DNA from: Squalus acanthias
Lineage: Eukaryota
Reading direction: 5' to 3'
DNA: 64,000 bases
Assembly (NCBI GenBank): GCA_030390025.1
Contig: CM059429.1
Span: 145,142,001 to 145,206,000, forward strand
Part shown: positions 1 through 13,685 of the stretch, piece by piece
How positions within the stretch are numbered: position 1 is the stretch's first letter
Layout: the number at the start of each line of letters is the position of its first letter
Notes under the pieces: model-generated
Databases searched by the model: none
The model's input: only the letters and a program-made list of their open reading frames with translations
What the model was told of the DNA's origin: nothing
Made by a program: the position numbers and the translations under genes

Positions 1-2547
1 ACTGCTATGTCACTGTACTCTACCTCAAAAATGACCTTCAACCTTTCTACACAATAGCCTGCGGTTTGGTGCCACATATGCCTCATATTTATCCTTCTTC
101 CTATCTTGGATGCAAAGTAATTAAGTGTATTTCTGAGGCATGACACCACAGCTTCATACTTTCAGTCAGCTCCGAACCTGGAATGCTCAATTGTTTGTGA
201 AAATATAGATTTTTTTGTGTCCTTTACCAGCATCATGTGAGGACACTAAAATCGTCCACAATCTCTCCCCTTCCTACCTCTGTAACCTCCTCCAGCCCTG
301 CTGGCATCCACCACTCTTCTCACTCTATTCTCTTATGTGTTCTAATATTGTTTGGCTTAGTCATCACCCACCTCGCTCCCACACTCTGAAATTCTGCTCC
401 AAACCCCTCCACATTGCTGCATCCCTGCCAATCTTCAAAAGCCTCCTTAAAATCTATCGCCAGGAATTTCCTCTGGGGTTCTCTTGATCGGCTGCTGGAA
501 GATTGGTGGAAATCCCGGATACGCCATGTAAACAGGGTTCTGCTGATCTCCCGCCTAAGTTACGGCACCCAATCAGGAGAACCCTTGAGGAAATTTCCAG
601 CATATCTCCATGACCACCACGTTAACTCCTCCCCCTCTACAAACTGTGAAGCCCGTTAGCAAGTTTATGATACATTAATGGTACCGTGTAAATATAAGTT
701 ATTGTGAGGTCTTATGGTGCTACTTTAATGAAGACACCTAAAATAGAAAACAAACCACATCCTGTCAAGACACTTCATTAACTTTTAGTGAAATTCATCT
801 AATCAAGGAGTTCAGTGGAATTATTGTGCCATGCTGTATCCTCCATATTTCAGATCAGGCTTGTTCAGTTAGGCTATCTTGTTACTTAGAAACATTCTGG
901 AAAGTACTGTAATGTTTTGTAATAATTTAATGGCTTATGATCGTAATGGGAAGGAGTCGTACTCCTAAGATTAGTGGAAATGTTAATATTTGTGTAACTG
1001 TGTCTTTTAAATGTGAAATGTGATTTACGTACTTATTGTCTAAGAGTAATATTACTTTAGACTATTTCTCCTTTCAGGACTCAGTAGTTTGTCTATCTTT
1101 TTATCCGTAACCATGTTGGTTAACTCCAGAAATAGTTAAAAGAAATAATACAACCCTGGCTCAAATAAATTATCCTAGGGCCTGGCTTTGTAAAAATCTG
1201 AATAATAGGGACATGCAGAGATAAGATTTGGGGCGGGACTTAGTTATGCAAGGTTCCTGGCACTTTTTCTTCCTGCCAAAAATTCCACTGGAAGTGAGGG
1301 CAATTGTATAATATATCTGCCCACAACTAGGCGGTCATATTATGATGACGAGCAAATGAGGGAAATATGCAATATTTCTTGACATTTGCACCCCAGGAAT
1401 ACTGGAAGCAAGGGATGCCTGTGTGCCTCTGGCATCCAGCATTGAAAACAACCTTCGTGTGATTTAAAATACTGTCTTCAGCAATGCAATCAATCGCAGA
1501 GTGAACGACTGCATTACAGAAATCATCAGCAAAGTCAAATAGCCAGTTACATTTTTTTTTTCACTGTTTCCCCAGCACCACAGGGCCCATTTACACTGCA
1601 ACATGGTGCTGCAGCAAAATTGTTTCTCCACCCCTGCCCTGGGTGGGCAACCAGCTAGAAAATGTAAATGCTTCTGACTCTGGGATATGGGGTGGACAAA
1701 AAGTCCTGCCCTGCCCAAGATCCACCTCTAAAAGGTATCCTAAGGAATTTCTGGGCCTTTTTCTTTGCAAAACTTTTCTCATAAACAAATGTCAAATGAA
1801 TTGAAACTTTCCTTCAATAAGATAGCCTGCAAAGGACAGTAGAAATGGAGGATTTGCAGTGAGGAAACTCAAACGAAACATCCTGTCAAGATGTGACAAA
1901 GTCGGTGTGACAAAGTCAGTTGATTCATCAGGACTTCAGCATCAGTTCCAATTCACTTACTGCCCTGGCTGAATATCAAATGCCCACACTCTCCATCATG
2001 AAACAGATGTGAGAAGTGGCGGCCACAACTCCAGCCCTTCCACACTCAGTTTTTTCATCACGACTCCTCTCACCCTTTCCCAGGATCCTTATCAGTCTTT
2101 TCAGGTTTTGTATTTTGATGACTGCCCCATACATCAGCACAGCCATGGCCATGTCCTGAATTTTTGTACTTGTATTCAAATGCATTTATGGTATGCAATG
2201 CTGTGGGATGTTTTCAACCTAGTCAGTGTTGAGCTGAGCCACGACTCCCTATAAAATTTTATATCCGGAATATTTGTCCTCTTACTTACACAAGGGTATC
2301 AATGGGATATGGATCAAAGGCAGCTTAATAGAGTTCAGGTACAGATTACTAATTAAATGGCATTGACTGGCCTTCTCCTGTTCCTATCTTCCTATGTAAT
2401 ATTTTATTTTGAGGTTATATTATAGATTTGGTACTTTGAGTCTTTGATAAGCACTTACAATTAAATGCTTTCACGTTCTATTAGTTTCCAAATCACAATT
2501 CAATTCACAGAAAATTCATTTTCAATGGAAAATAACATATTTCTGAC

Positions 2548-2874
2548 CAGCCACTTGTAGCAAGATGTTCTTTTCTTGTTTTCCTTCTGACGTACTGATG
2601 TAACATTGGTACTCTCCTTCATCAGCCTTGTTAATTCCTGTAAGGTGAAGGGATGCATTTCCTTTCATTATCTCATTGATAAAAAGCTCTGTTCTTCCTT
2701 TGTAGTTTGGATATTGGTTGGATAGCTGATCTGTTTTTCGATAAAAGCTGTGAACAACAATGGTCTCCCTGGGCAGTTTGCGCATCCAGTGAAGCACTAT
2801 TCCAGCCAATTGGGTTGGTCGAAATGTACATGGCAAAACAACGTCCTTGGAAATGATAGCTGTGATGCTCCCAT
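2548..2874 (-). CDS. IgV exon of a B7-family gene (HHLA2/B7-H7-like; B7-H3/B7-H4 not excluded)
   Basis: Inside ORF 2522-2944. Acceptor ttttAG at 2876-2875, donor G|GTCAGA at 2547; 327 bp, phase 1-1. Protein DVVLPCTF..IVLHW..VVHSFY..DQLSNQYPNYKGRTELF.NEI.KGNASL....ADEGEYQCYIST carries the B7-type V-domain signature. No following C-domain exon was recognised in 1-2547. Confidence 0.88.
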
Positions 2875-3292
2875 CTAAAAGGCAACAGAGTGAAATTAGT
2901 TTTTTCTGGTGAAAAGTCTTCGACATTTGTGATCCAATTCCCAAGTTTCAAAAACCGACCAATACCTCTTCACGTTGAACTGAAGAATCACCAGCAATAA
3001 TTTCACAGAGTGGACCATTTCTTTGAGGGGTAATGGAACACAGTGGCATAATAGGGGGGCTGTGACTCTAAATGTAGAATTGAATTGATACAGAGACAGC
3101 TGTGAACTAGATGTGACTCAAATTATTTGTTGGTGATTGAAAAGTGCAAAAATATTGCTATGTGCCAACACCATTTTCACTTATTTTGAATGGTATTTCT
3201 GGTCATCCTAATGATCATAGAATCATAAAAATTATAGCACCAAAGGAAAGCACTCAGCCCATCGTCCCTCTTCAACTAGAGCTATCTACTCT

Positions 3293-3601
3293 GGGGCTGA
3301 TTTTAACTTGGCTAAATTGGCATGAACGAGACACTAACGGCCTAAAAATGTGGCCGGTAGACTTACTGTCCCGATACTGCCGACACTGCAGCTGCCGCTA
3401 CTTGTAAAGGGGGCTACAGCTGGGGAGCCGAAGGACTTATCTTGCTGCCGGTCGGGCAACTCCCATCCGCCCGATATGGCACTGGCCTGAATCCAGCAAG
3501 CTGCATCGGAACGCCCATTAGTTCTATTTCAATGCGGCACTAGCCCTTTGCTATTGGCACAGGTAGGCGGCTGGCATGCTCTGAAAGTTAAAATCTACCC
3601 C
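3293..3601. mobile_element. MITE (PIF/Harbinger-type), intronic
   Basis: TIRs GGGGCTGATTTTAACTT / AAGTTAAAATCTACCCC; 3-bp TSD TCT (3290-3292, 3602-3604). Confidence 0.7.
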
Positions 3602-4070
3602 TCTAATTCTATTTAGCCGCCCTTTCCCATACCCTTTATATCCTTTATGTTAAAACACTTATCTAATTCCCTTTTAAAGGATGTTATAGGAGTTGTTTTT
3701 CTAGCACACCACCAACTGTACGATAAATTAGAGGCAATAGGCCCAGGGTTTTGGAGTATGCACTGCCAATTGGCAAGATTTCCCACCATGAGTACATGCT
3801 GAATAGTCAGTTGTGGTAAAGCACTATTAATAATTGTTCTAATAACGCTCTGTGTGAAAATAATTCTTCAAACTTCCCCTTTATTTTGTTAACTTCCCCT
3901 TTATTTTAGTGAGTTTATACCCCCTTTTACCAATATGCCAATTTTTAACTATTTACCTTTTGATGACCTTCCATAATTTTTAAAACCTCGATTGATCCTA
4001 ATTTAAACTTCAATGTTCTTATAGTTAAAGTCAACATGCAAATATAAAACATCAATAAAATGGATGTCAC

Positions 4071-4128
4071 CTGTACTTAGTAGTTGAAAAATTCCGAAAA
4101 CACAAAAGCAGACTATTCGATGTAACAT
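4071..4128 (-). CDS. Signal-peptide exon of the B7-family gene
   Basis: ATG at 4128 gives MLHRIVCFCVFGIFQLLST+G|GTGACA (58 nt, phase 1). It joins the IgV exon in frame (T-D-GSIT). The exon starts at 4241 after a ttttttttttaattgtAG acceptor, implying a further upstream non-coding exon. Confidence 0.8.
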
Positions 4129-4489
4129 CTTTGTGCCTCATTCACTTCACAATAGGTTGCATCCAAACGTATCTTCGCAAATAAAGAATCTTCATCTAAT
4201 CTCAGTGGAAGAGTCCAGATTATCCCTTAAGAATCATCTTTCTACAATTAAAAAAAAAATTCTCACATCTAAGAACAGTCATAAATTATAGAAATTAAAA
4301 CAGATTATGCTGAAAGCACTCAGCAGGTCCAAATCTTGGTAATAAATGATAGACCTTGGCAGCCAATGTTCTAAATAACCTTGGCAGTCAAAGTTCTAAA
4401 TCGGTTTCATAGTACAAAGGTACAAACAACAATTATCAGCTTGTTATTGCTAGCATTGGCAAAAGAGCTTTTTGTGTGTAGGCCTCCTC

Positions 4490-4812
4490 CATCATCCTTA
4501 TAGTAGACCTCCTCCAGCCCTACAACCCTCCGAGATGACTGAGTTCCTCCAATTCTGGCCTCTTGTGCATCCCCGATTTCCATCGCCCCACCATTAGCTG
4601 CCGTGCTTTCAGCTGCCAAGGCTCTAAGCTCGGGAATTCCCTCCCTAAACCTCTCTGCCTCTCTCTCCCTCCTTTAATACACCCCTTAAAATCTACCTCT
4701 TTCACCTGTCCTGATATCTCCTTATGTGGCTGCGTGTCAAATTTTGTCTGATAACGCTCCTGTGAAGCGCCTTGGGATGTTTTAGGCGCTGTATAAATGC
4801 AAGTCGTTGTTG
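4490..4812 (+). mobile_element. L2 LINE 3' fragment
   Basis: Ends in gtgaagcgccttggga...ggcgctgtataaatgcaagtcgttgttgt, the same tail as the L2 at 50740-50803. Confidence 0.65.
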
Positions 4813-5849
4813 TCATTATTGCAGCACCACTGAAAGCAGGACATACTGAGGGCAATTTTCACATTCCACAAGTGGATCAGCCATCTCTTATAGAACCCAC
4901 CTGATTTTCATTTCTTTGATATCAGCGCAACAGAAATACCCTCACTGTTCCAATCAGGGTTGTTCGATTTGAGCGCACAAATGTGATCAAACCTGATCAT
5001 AAGATACCTCCTCAAAAGTTAGTTTAAAAAAAAAATGGAAGTCTGTGTTTGCCCCCATTTTCTTCTGTGTCTTATGACGTGGAGACATTTGTTATTAAGA
5101 TTCAGTGAAGCAAACATCAGAACTGAACTCTGCCCCACCCCGTTCTGCCCCTTGGTAAAATGTGACAACCCTATTAGTATCGTGGTAAAAGAACGTGAGA
5201 GTAGTTGTCAGATCAAACAATATATAAAATCACAGTTTGTGCAAAAGCAGACTTTTGTAACGTGTGCCACGACACTTCAGGTTGTAAAATACAAAGCACT
5301 GCAGACCAGCTCATTACCACTTTGCTCTCTCGGAAAACATTTTTCCCGAAAAAGGCAAAACAAGCAAACAAAGCCACAATAACTACAGGATATTTTAGTG
5401 ACAGTGACGTTTGGCTGAAATGGCTATACATTAGGTTAATGGAATATACATTTCGAATTCTCACCATACCGTATTATCAGTTGGCATTGCTGTAGTATCA
5501 AAGTTTGTGTGGACACAAAGATTGTGCAAACTCTGTGAAAGTTGTCCTATGGTTACTCCAGTGGGTTAGGCATTAACTAAATCACACCAATAGTAAACTT
5601 TGAAATTACCTTAAATCTTTCGAAATGCATGGCATAAAACTAGTGTGTCCTGAAGATAAAATGGAGCATGACGAGTAATGTCTCTGATTGCCAAGTCCAA
5701 AGCTGTCAGGTGAATAGCAGGATAGGACCGAGGCTTTAGTGATCATGAAAATTTATCAAAAATATTAATAATCATAATAATTATTGTCTCCATCTCACAG
5801 GGCATTGAAGTAAGCTGAAAATTGATTTTTAATTTTCTGTCCTCTCTGT

Positions 5850-6357
5850 TGTGGAAAGAAACCACTCGGAGTCACGGGTAGGCTGCGACACGAGAGAAAC
5901 TTTATTACAAGCTTGCAGGGGAGAGCCTTCAGTGTACCAAAGCCTCTCAAATTTATAATGGTCGTGGCAGTTTATACATAATCAAGCTACTACCGATAAT
6001 TGCTCAACTGTTAATTACCGGTTACTTAGGCATTGACAGATATTTCTTGTTATCTCAACTGTCCCAGTCTCAAGGCCCTTACATCTGCTTTCCTGTGATT
6101 CTTTTAACCACAGTATCTGGCCTTCAGTTCCCCACTTATCTTTTGCTCATTATCCTTGGTTTCAAAGACAAAAGCATATTTTCGTTCAAACTGCTGACGC
6201 CTACAGTTTTTAACATCTTAGCTTACATATGGCCAAGCTTCCCATCATGCCTTGCGATTACAATGACTTGTTACTAACATGGCTACTGACATTATTACAG
6301 CATACATTAAAAGGTACTGACTTACACGTGATAGAATAATCACAGGTTCTCACCACA
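5850..6357 (-). mobile_element. Possible solo LTR
   Basis: TGTGG...CCACA termini. Minus-strand TATA-like (~5975) followed by AATAAA (~5900), as in U3-R-U5. No TSD found. Confidence 0.35.
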
Positions 6358-6469
6358 TCAGCATATTGAGCAATGCTACTATCCTATTAGCCCCTCAAGC
6401 CAACCACTGGCCCCCCGGGTTGCCACTTCACTCCCCTAAAGTATGACAGGTTAACTGAACAACAAGTAT

Positions 6470-7477
6470 GGCGGGGATTTTCTCAAGGGAGGCGAGTTGG
6501 GGGCGGGGGCCTCCAAGACGGGCAGGAAATCCAGGAGGCCGGGTTTCCCGCAGGCCCTGCTGACTTTAAAGACAGGGCCTAATTTGAATGTGAGGCCTCG
6601 GATTTCCGCCCGCAGCCAGCCAGATTGAAAGGCTGGCTGGCTGCGGGCGGGTAGGCCTCAGATAAGAGGGGTCGGTCCAGGGGAGGGATCGCGGGGTCGG
6701 CATGGTCGGGGATTGGTGAGGGGGGAGGGGGTTGGCAGGGTGGGTAAGCTGGGGATCAGGGATCGGGAGGGGGTTGGAGGAGTGGCAGGAGAGCGGGAGG
6801 GGGTGTTCGGCTGGGGATCGGAGGGATCGTGGATCGGGAGGGGGTTGGAGGAGCGGCAGGGGATCGGGAGGGGGTGTTCGGCTGGGGATCGGCGCGGGGT
6901 GGGGGGTGTTTGGGAATTGGCATGGGCTAGGTCGGGGATCGGGATGGGGGGTCAGGGATCGCGGGGGAATGACGGAGGGGGGAGAGAGGATCGGGGCCGG
7001 CCACCGGAGGATTGTGGCCGGCCTCAGGATCATCAGTGTGGTTGGGGGGTGGGGGGGGGGTAGGGGGGAGGGAGGCCTCATGATGGGGATCGGAGGCCTC
7101 ATGGGGGGGGTCTACGATCGTGCGGGGTGAGTTAGGCAGGGACCCTGGATTCAGGAGGTAGGTATAAAGCCACTTACCTCCTGGATGCGGCAGTCCCCGC
7201 ATCGGTTTAACTGCCGGGTTTCATGAATTGTGTGAAACGCGTCCACATGCAGTTAAATTCAAAATGGAGGTGAAAAAAGAGGCTGTCAGCCTCATTACAA
7301 TATTTAAATTATGGTACCGCCTCCTGGGAGCAGGTTGGTCACCCGCCCCCCGTCCCGCCTCCGCTAAAACCGGAAGTGGACGGGTTGGAGGCGGGATCAG
7401 GTCAGGAATCCCAATTTTAACAATTTAACTGCCCCCACGCTCCAAACCCACCCCTGTTTTAGGGGAAAATTCTGGCC
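6470..7477. mobile_element. G-rich non-autonomous DNA transposon (Harbinger-type MITE)
   Basis: TIR-like GGCGGGGATTTT / AAAATTCTGGCC. Homologous to 17695-18323. Internal GGGGATCG-type repeats. Confidence 0.6.
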
Positions 7478-7552
7478 TGTGAAGCCGAAAATAATTCTGA
7501 TAAAATCATTAACTAAACAAATGATTCCATAAAAAAATGAAAGTTGCAAAAT

Positions 7553-9255
7553 GGGCTGGATTTTACGAACCTCGGTGGGTCCGGGGCGGGCGATGTTGGT
7601 GGCGGGTCCCGGCCTCGCTGCTGGCTCCAGCCCGCTGTGTAGAATGATTTTACGTTGATTGGGCTTGGGCCAATTGAAGGAAGCGGGTCTGATGATGTCA
7701 TTTGATGATGCGTCATCAGCCGGTTTCCTTAAAGGGACCATGTGCAAATTTATTTTGACATTTGTGCTGTCAGTGTTCCACAGCATTGAGGTGCTGCAAA
7801 CACTGACAAGCACTGCACAGAGGTGCAGGGCTGCACCCAGGCTCTCCCATGACTCCCTCCATATGCTTATGGAGCGAGTCACAGCACACAGGGAGGTTCT
7901 CTTCCATTCCAATGGGCGGAAGAGACCTCCCCAGGAGACCAACGCAGCCTGGTTGCTCATTGCACAGGAGGGCACAAGCAGGGATGTCGTCAGGAGGACC
8001 AGGCTGCAGTGGAGCAAACCTTTCAATGATCTCAATAGATCACGAAATGTTACTGCAAATCCAAACTCAACCTCATTCTGCTGTGCCACTCATCATATCC
8101 CCATCACTCTGCCTTCCCTACCCTACTCCTGCACAGCCTTACTCACACCAACTTACCTTGTACCTCCACCAATCCCTCTCTATCTACATTATCACTTCCC
8201 CATCTCACTAGCCACCACTCATACTCACCCTGATTCTAGTTCAATCATACCAACTAACAACACACAAGGGTAGTCACTTGGGTGTTTTAGCCAATGTTCT
8301 TGTGAAGCTTCTGTTAATGTGCTGTCAAACATTGAAACCTTTATTTTCAACACTTTGCGTTCTTGGACAGATTTATGTGTACCTTTGGAAGTGGCTTAGT
8401 GAGATGCAGTGAATGGTGAGACATAACGGTACCCCCCGCAATGCTGATGAGTGTGAAAGGAATGGCTTGGACATTGTAGGGATGCTTTATGGTGTTGGTG
8501 TGGGGTGGTGCCAACCTGGCGCATCATGTGGCAGCCAGGGTGCACAGCATCAAGTGAAGTAAATCTGGCCATGGTGAGGCCATCCCTGGTGTCCAGGCAG
8601 CAATGTGGTTGGGTGCTGATGCCCTCTGTCCTGTGCAGCATCAGTTGATTGCGGAGAAGGTTGGTGTGGTTGTTGGTGCTGCTGGTGTGCCTGGTGATGC
8701 TGGTGTTTGGGCTGATTGTGGTGGGATTCTGAGGACTAAGGTGAGAGAATATAAAGTGCACCAATGCTGATGGAATAGATGGCAGATGAAGTAGAGATGA
8801 CAGAAGCGATCTGTCAATGGTGGAAGAGGTAATGAGGTTAGACTGGATGGAGACTTGTGTAAAGACTTGCAGCATTCTGAATCTGTAGTGGAAATGCAGT
8901 TTAGAGAAGCTAGTGGCTAAGGGAACATTTCTCAATCAGCTGGGAGCTTTGACTTGACACTTGAAGCTGTCAACTCATGAGCTGAAACAATGGCCACTGA
9001 CCTCCCGCCTCAGCTTCACTAACGAGGTCTAGGCACAGCAGGAAAACGGTGGGCAACCTGTCAAATTCAAAAAGCTGGGAAAAAAGCATTGTTATGTGAC
9101 TGTAAACAAGCCACTAATGATTTCAATTGCCTCCCCTGCTGCAGCATGTCGGGTCTGCTCAGCGCTGGCAGACCCAACATTTGGGAAAGGTGCGCGGCTT
9201 TCTCATCCGACCCGCCACCGATCGCGCCCGCTGACCCACCGGAAAATTCCCCCCC
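7553..9255 (+). mobile_element. Decayed PIF/Harbinger element with Myb/SANT-like ORF remnant
   Basis: ORF 7659-8273 contains RAAPRLSHDSL..LMERV..HREVLF...RKRPP....AW..IA...TS....RRT..QWSKPFNDL, resembling the Harbinger Myb/SANT protein. TIR-like ends GGGCTGGATTTT / AAAATTCCCCCC. Confidence 0.65.
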
Positions 9256-9442
9256 GATATCCGATATTCAACAAGAACAATAGCATCCATTGATAGAGTG
9301 CCTTTAACATAGGTGCTTATTAGAGGAGAAAAATGGACAATGAGCTAAAGAAGAAAAGGTTAGGAGCAGTAAGCAGAAGCTTGTGGAAGCGGGGTTTTGA
9401 GGAGGAGAGGTGATGGAATTTAGGATGGAAATTCCAGTGTGT

Positions 9443-12400
9443 TTTTTTAATTCAATCATGGGATGTAGGTGTACCTGGCAAGGCTAGCATTTATTGCCAT
9501 TGAGAAGGTGGTGGTGAGCTGCCTTCTTGAACCGCTGCAGTCTATGTAATGAAAGTGTTGCCACAGTGCTGTTAGGGAGGGATTTTGACCCAGCGACGAT
9601 GAAGGAACGGCGATATATTTCTAAGTCAGGATGGTGTGTGACTTGGTGGGGAACTTGGAGGTGATGATGTTCCCATGTGCCTGCTGCCCATGTACTTCTA
9701 GGCATTTGAGGTCGCGGGTTTGATAGGTGCTGTCGAGGAAGCCTTGGCCAGTTGCTGCAGTGCATCTTGTAGATGGTACACACTGCAACCATGGTGCGCC
9801 GGTGGTGGAGGGAGTGAATGTTGTTTAAGGTGATGGATGGGGTGCCAATCAAACTGGCTGCTTTGTCCTGGATGGTGTTGAGCTTCTTGAGTGTTGTTGG
9901 AGCTACATTCATCCAGGCAAGTGGAGAGTATTCCATCACACTCCTTACTTGTGCCTTGTAGATGGTGGAAAGGCTTTGGGGAGTCAGGAGGTAAGTCACT
10001 CACCGCAGAATAGCCAGCCTCTGACTTGCTCTTGCAGCCACAGTATTTTTGTGGCTGGTCCAGTTAAATTCTGGTCAATGGTGACCCCCAGGATATTGAT
10101 GGTGGGGGATTCAACGATGGTAATGCCATTGAATGTCAGGGGGAGGTGGTTAGACTTTCTCTTGTTGGAGATGGTCATTGCCTGGCACTTGTGTGGCACA
10201 AATGTTAGTTGCCACTTATCAGCCCAAGCCTGAATGTTGTTCAGGTTTTGCTGCATGCGGGCATGGACTGCTTCATTATCTGAGGATTTGCAAATGGAAC
10301 TGAACACTGTGCAATCATCAGCGAACATCCCCACTTCTGACCTTATGACGGAGGGAATGGTCATTGATGAAGCAGCTGAAGATGTTTGGGCCTGGGACCC
10401 TGCCCTGAGGAACTCCTGCAGCAATATCCTGGGGCTGAGATGATTGGCCTCCAACAGCCACAACCATATTCCTTTGTGTTAGGTATGACTCCAGCCAGTG
10501 AAGAGTTTTCCCCCTGATTCCCATTGACTTCAATTTTACTAGGGCTCCTTGATGCCACACTCAGTCAAATGCTGCCTTGATGTCAAGGGCAGTCACTCTC
10601 ACCTCACTTCTAGAATTCAGCTCTTTTGTCCATGTTTGGACCAAGGCTGTAATGAGGTCTGGAACTGAGTGGCCCTGCAGAACCCAAACTGAGCATCAGT
10701 GAGCAGGTTATTGGTGAGTAAGTGCTGCTTGATAGCACTGTGGATGACACCTTCCATCACTTTGCTGATGATTGAGAGTAGACTGATGGGGCGGTAATTG
10801 GCTTTATCCTGCTTTTTGTGGACAGGACATATCTGGGCAATTTTCCACATTGTCGGGTAGATGCCAGTGTTGTAGCTGTACTGGAACAGCTTGGCTAGAG
10901 GCGCGGCTAGTTCTGGAGCACAAGTCTTCAGCACGACAGCCGGGATGTTGTCGGGGCCCACAGCCTTTGCTGTATCGAGTACGCTCAGCTGTTTCTTGAT
11001 ATCACGTGGAGAGAACTGAATAGGCTGAAGACTGGCTTCTGTGATGGTGGGGACCTCAGGAGGACGTCGAGATGAATCATCCACTCAGCACTTCTGGCTG
11101 AAGATGGTTGCATATGTTTCAGTCTTCTCTTTTGCACTCATGTGCTGGGCTCCGTCATCATTGAAGATGGTGATGTTCATGGAACCTCCTCCTCCCATTT
11201 GTTGTTTAATTGTCCACCACCATTCATGACTGAATGTGACAGGACTGCAGAGCTTTGATCTGATACGTTGTTTGTGGGATTGCTGAGCTCTGTCTATAAC
11301 GTGCTGCTTTCGCTGTTTAGCATGCATGTAGTCCTGTGTTGTAGCTTCATCAGGTTGGTACTTTCTTTTTAGGTATGCCTGGTGCTGCTCCTGGCATGCT
11401 CTTCTACACTCCTCATTGAACTAGAGTTGGTCTCCTAGCTTGATGGTAATGGTAAAGTGAGGGATATGCCGGGCCATGAGGTTACAGATTGTGGTGGAAT
11501 ACAATTCTGCTGCTGTTGATGGTCCCTGAATGCCCAGTTTTGAGCTGCTAGGTCTATTCTGAATCTATCCCATTTAGCACAGTTGTGGTGCCACACAGCA
11601 CAATGGAGGGTGTCCTCAGTGTGAAGATGGGACATAGTCTCCACAAGGACTGTGCGATGGTCACTTCTACCAATACTGTCATGGACAGATGCATCTGCGA
11701 CAGGCAGATTGGTGAGGACGAGGTCAAGTAGGTTTTTCCCTTGTGTTGGGTCTTTCACCACCTGTCGCAGGTCCCGTCTGGCAGCTATGTCCTTCAGGAC
11801 TCGGCCAGCTCGGTCAGTAGTGGTGCTATCGAGCCACTCTTGGCAATGGACATTGAAATCCCCCACCCAGAGTACATTCTGTACCCTTGCTGCCTTCAGT
11901 GCCTCTTCCAAGTGGTGTTCAACTTGGAGGAGTACTGATTCATCAGCTGAGGGAGGGCGGTAGGTGGTAATCAGCAGGAGGTTTCCTTGCCCATGTTTGA
12001 CCTAATGCCATGAGACGTCATGGGGTCTGGAGTCAATGTTGAGGACTCCCGGGACCACTCCCTCCCGATTGTATACCACTGAGCGGCCAGCTCTGGTGGA
12101 TCTGTCCTGCCGGTGGGATAGGACATACCCAGGATAGTGATGGAGGAGTCTGGAGGTTGGCTGAAAGGTATGATTCTGTGAGTATGACTATGTCAGACTG
12201 TTGCTTGACTAGTCTGTGGGACAGCTCTCCCAATTTTGGCACAAGTCCCCAGATGTTAGTGAGGAGGACTTTGCAGGTTCGACTGGGCTGGGTGCGCCGT
12301 TGTCGTGTCCGAAGCCGGTGCCTAGGTCGATGACGGGTGGTCCATCCGGTTTTATTCTTATTATAGTTTCTCGTACAACTGAGTGGCTTGTTAGGCCATT

Positions 12401-12560
12401 TCAGAGGGCAGTTAAGAATCAACCACATTGCTGTGGGTCTGGAGTCACATATAGGACAGACCGGGTAAGGACGGCAGATTTTCTTCCCTGAAGGACATTA
12501 GTGAACCAGATGGGCTTTTATGACAATCCAGTAGTTTCATTGTCCCCATTACTGCTACTA
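9443..12560 (-). mobile_element. Non-LTR retrotransposon (CR1/Jockey group, APE + RT), frameshifted
   Basis: Successive minus-strand ORFs: TNIWGL..DIVILTESYL and WVGDFNVH..LLDLVLTN..SDH (APE); NYRPISLLSIISKVME, GVPQG, FADD (RT). Confidence 0.9.
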
Positions 12561-12683
12561 GCTTTTTATTCCAGATTTATTGTGGCAGCAGATGGGCTGA
12601 AGTGTGGGGCCTGGGAGGCTGAAGGCACAGCCTCCAATGGTGAGGCGAAGGCAGCGGGGATGCACAAGAGTCAGAGGAACAGA

Positions 12684-13460
12684 CTGGGGGAAAAATTCAG
12701 CTGCTTGCGCCTCCCGTTAGCGCCTTAAATGGGCGCTAATGGGGCGTAAAGCAGCTAACGCCCGGGCGCAGCGCCGCCCACGCCTCCCGAAAAATTTAGT
12801 GGGAGGTTAGCGGCGGCGGCAGCCGGTAGCGCCCTGTGGCGCTGCGCCGCCGGCGATGACGTCATCGCCGTGCGCAGCGCCCTGCTCGCGCCCCGGCCGT
12901 GATCTTCAGTCGCGCCCCCTGATTTACCGCCAGACGCTATGTCCGACGGGTTCAGGGGGGCGTACGTGCGGCCGGGGCGGCGATATTTAAAGGGGAGGTG
13001 GCAGGCGGCCATTTTTGTTGCTGGCCGCCTGCCAGCACCTGCCCCCGTTGCTGTCCCCGGCCCCCGTGAAGCCCCCCCAGCGTGAAGTGCCGGCTGCGCT
13101 CCAAGAGCCCGGCACTTCTCTTGAGTGCCGGGCTCTTTTGCCGGCACTCCCGATCCCTGGGAGCCCAGCTGGGCCCCGGTTCGCGCTGCGCAAGGCCCCT
13201 CCCCTTTAAGAAGGGGAGGAAGGCCTGCAATACCGCGGCGCGACGTGCCGCAGCGCGTGGCGCTGCGGCACGTAGCGCCAGGATATTCACTCGCAGCGCC
13301 CCAAGAGGGATGCGGGGTGCTTCCAGTTGCGACCCGCTTCCCTCTTGGGGCGCAACCACTGAAGTTCCGGCGCGGGGCCGCTAATTTTTTCGGGGCGCTA
13401 AAAGTCGCGCCCCGGCGAGGTTAGCGCCCCAAATGGGGCGCGACTCAATTTTTACCCCAG
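12684..13460. mobile_element. GC-rich MITE
   Basis: TIRs CTGGGGGAAAAATT / AATTTTTACCCCAG, TSD AGA. Left end shared with 22719. Interrupts an L2 remnant. Confidence 0.7.
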
Positions 13461-13685
13461 AGAGTTTGAGTGGAGATTGTAAAGCTGGAGATTACAGAGA
13501 CAGGGTATGGAATGGAGGGATATAAACAAAATGATTAAAATTCAGGCACTGGGGAACAGGAGCCAATGCAGGTAAGGAGGACAGGGGTGATGTGTGGACA
13601 TGACTTGGATCGAGATAGGATATGGGCAGCCGAGTTTTAGAAGAGCTTACGTTTGAGGAGTTTGGAGTATGGGAGGATCGTTGGC

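Noticed and set aside
6566-7130. Pro-rich / Gly-rich ORFs
   Set aside because: Translations of a G-rich low-complexity MITE interior.
12755-13424. CpG island / Ala-Arg-rich ORFs as a gene promoter
   Set aside because: Bounded by TIRs and a TSD, and shares ends with other MITE copies.
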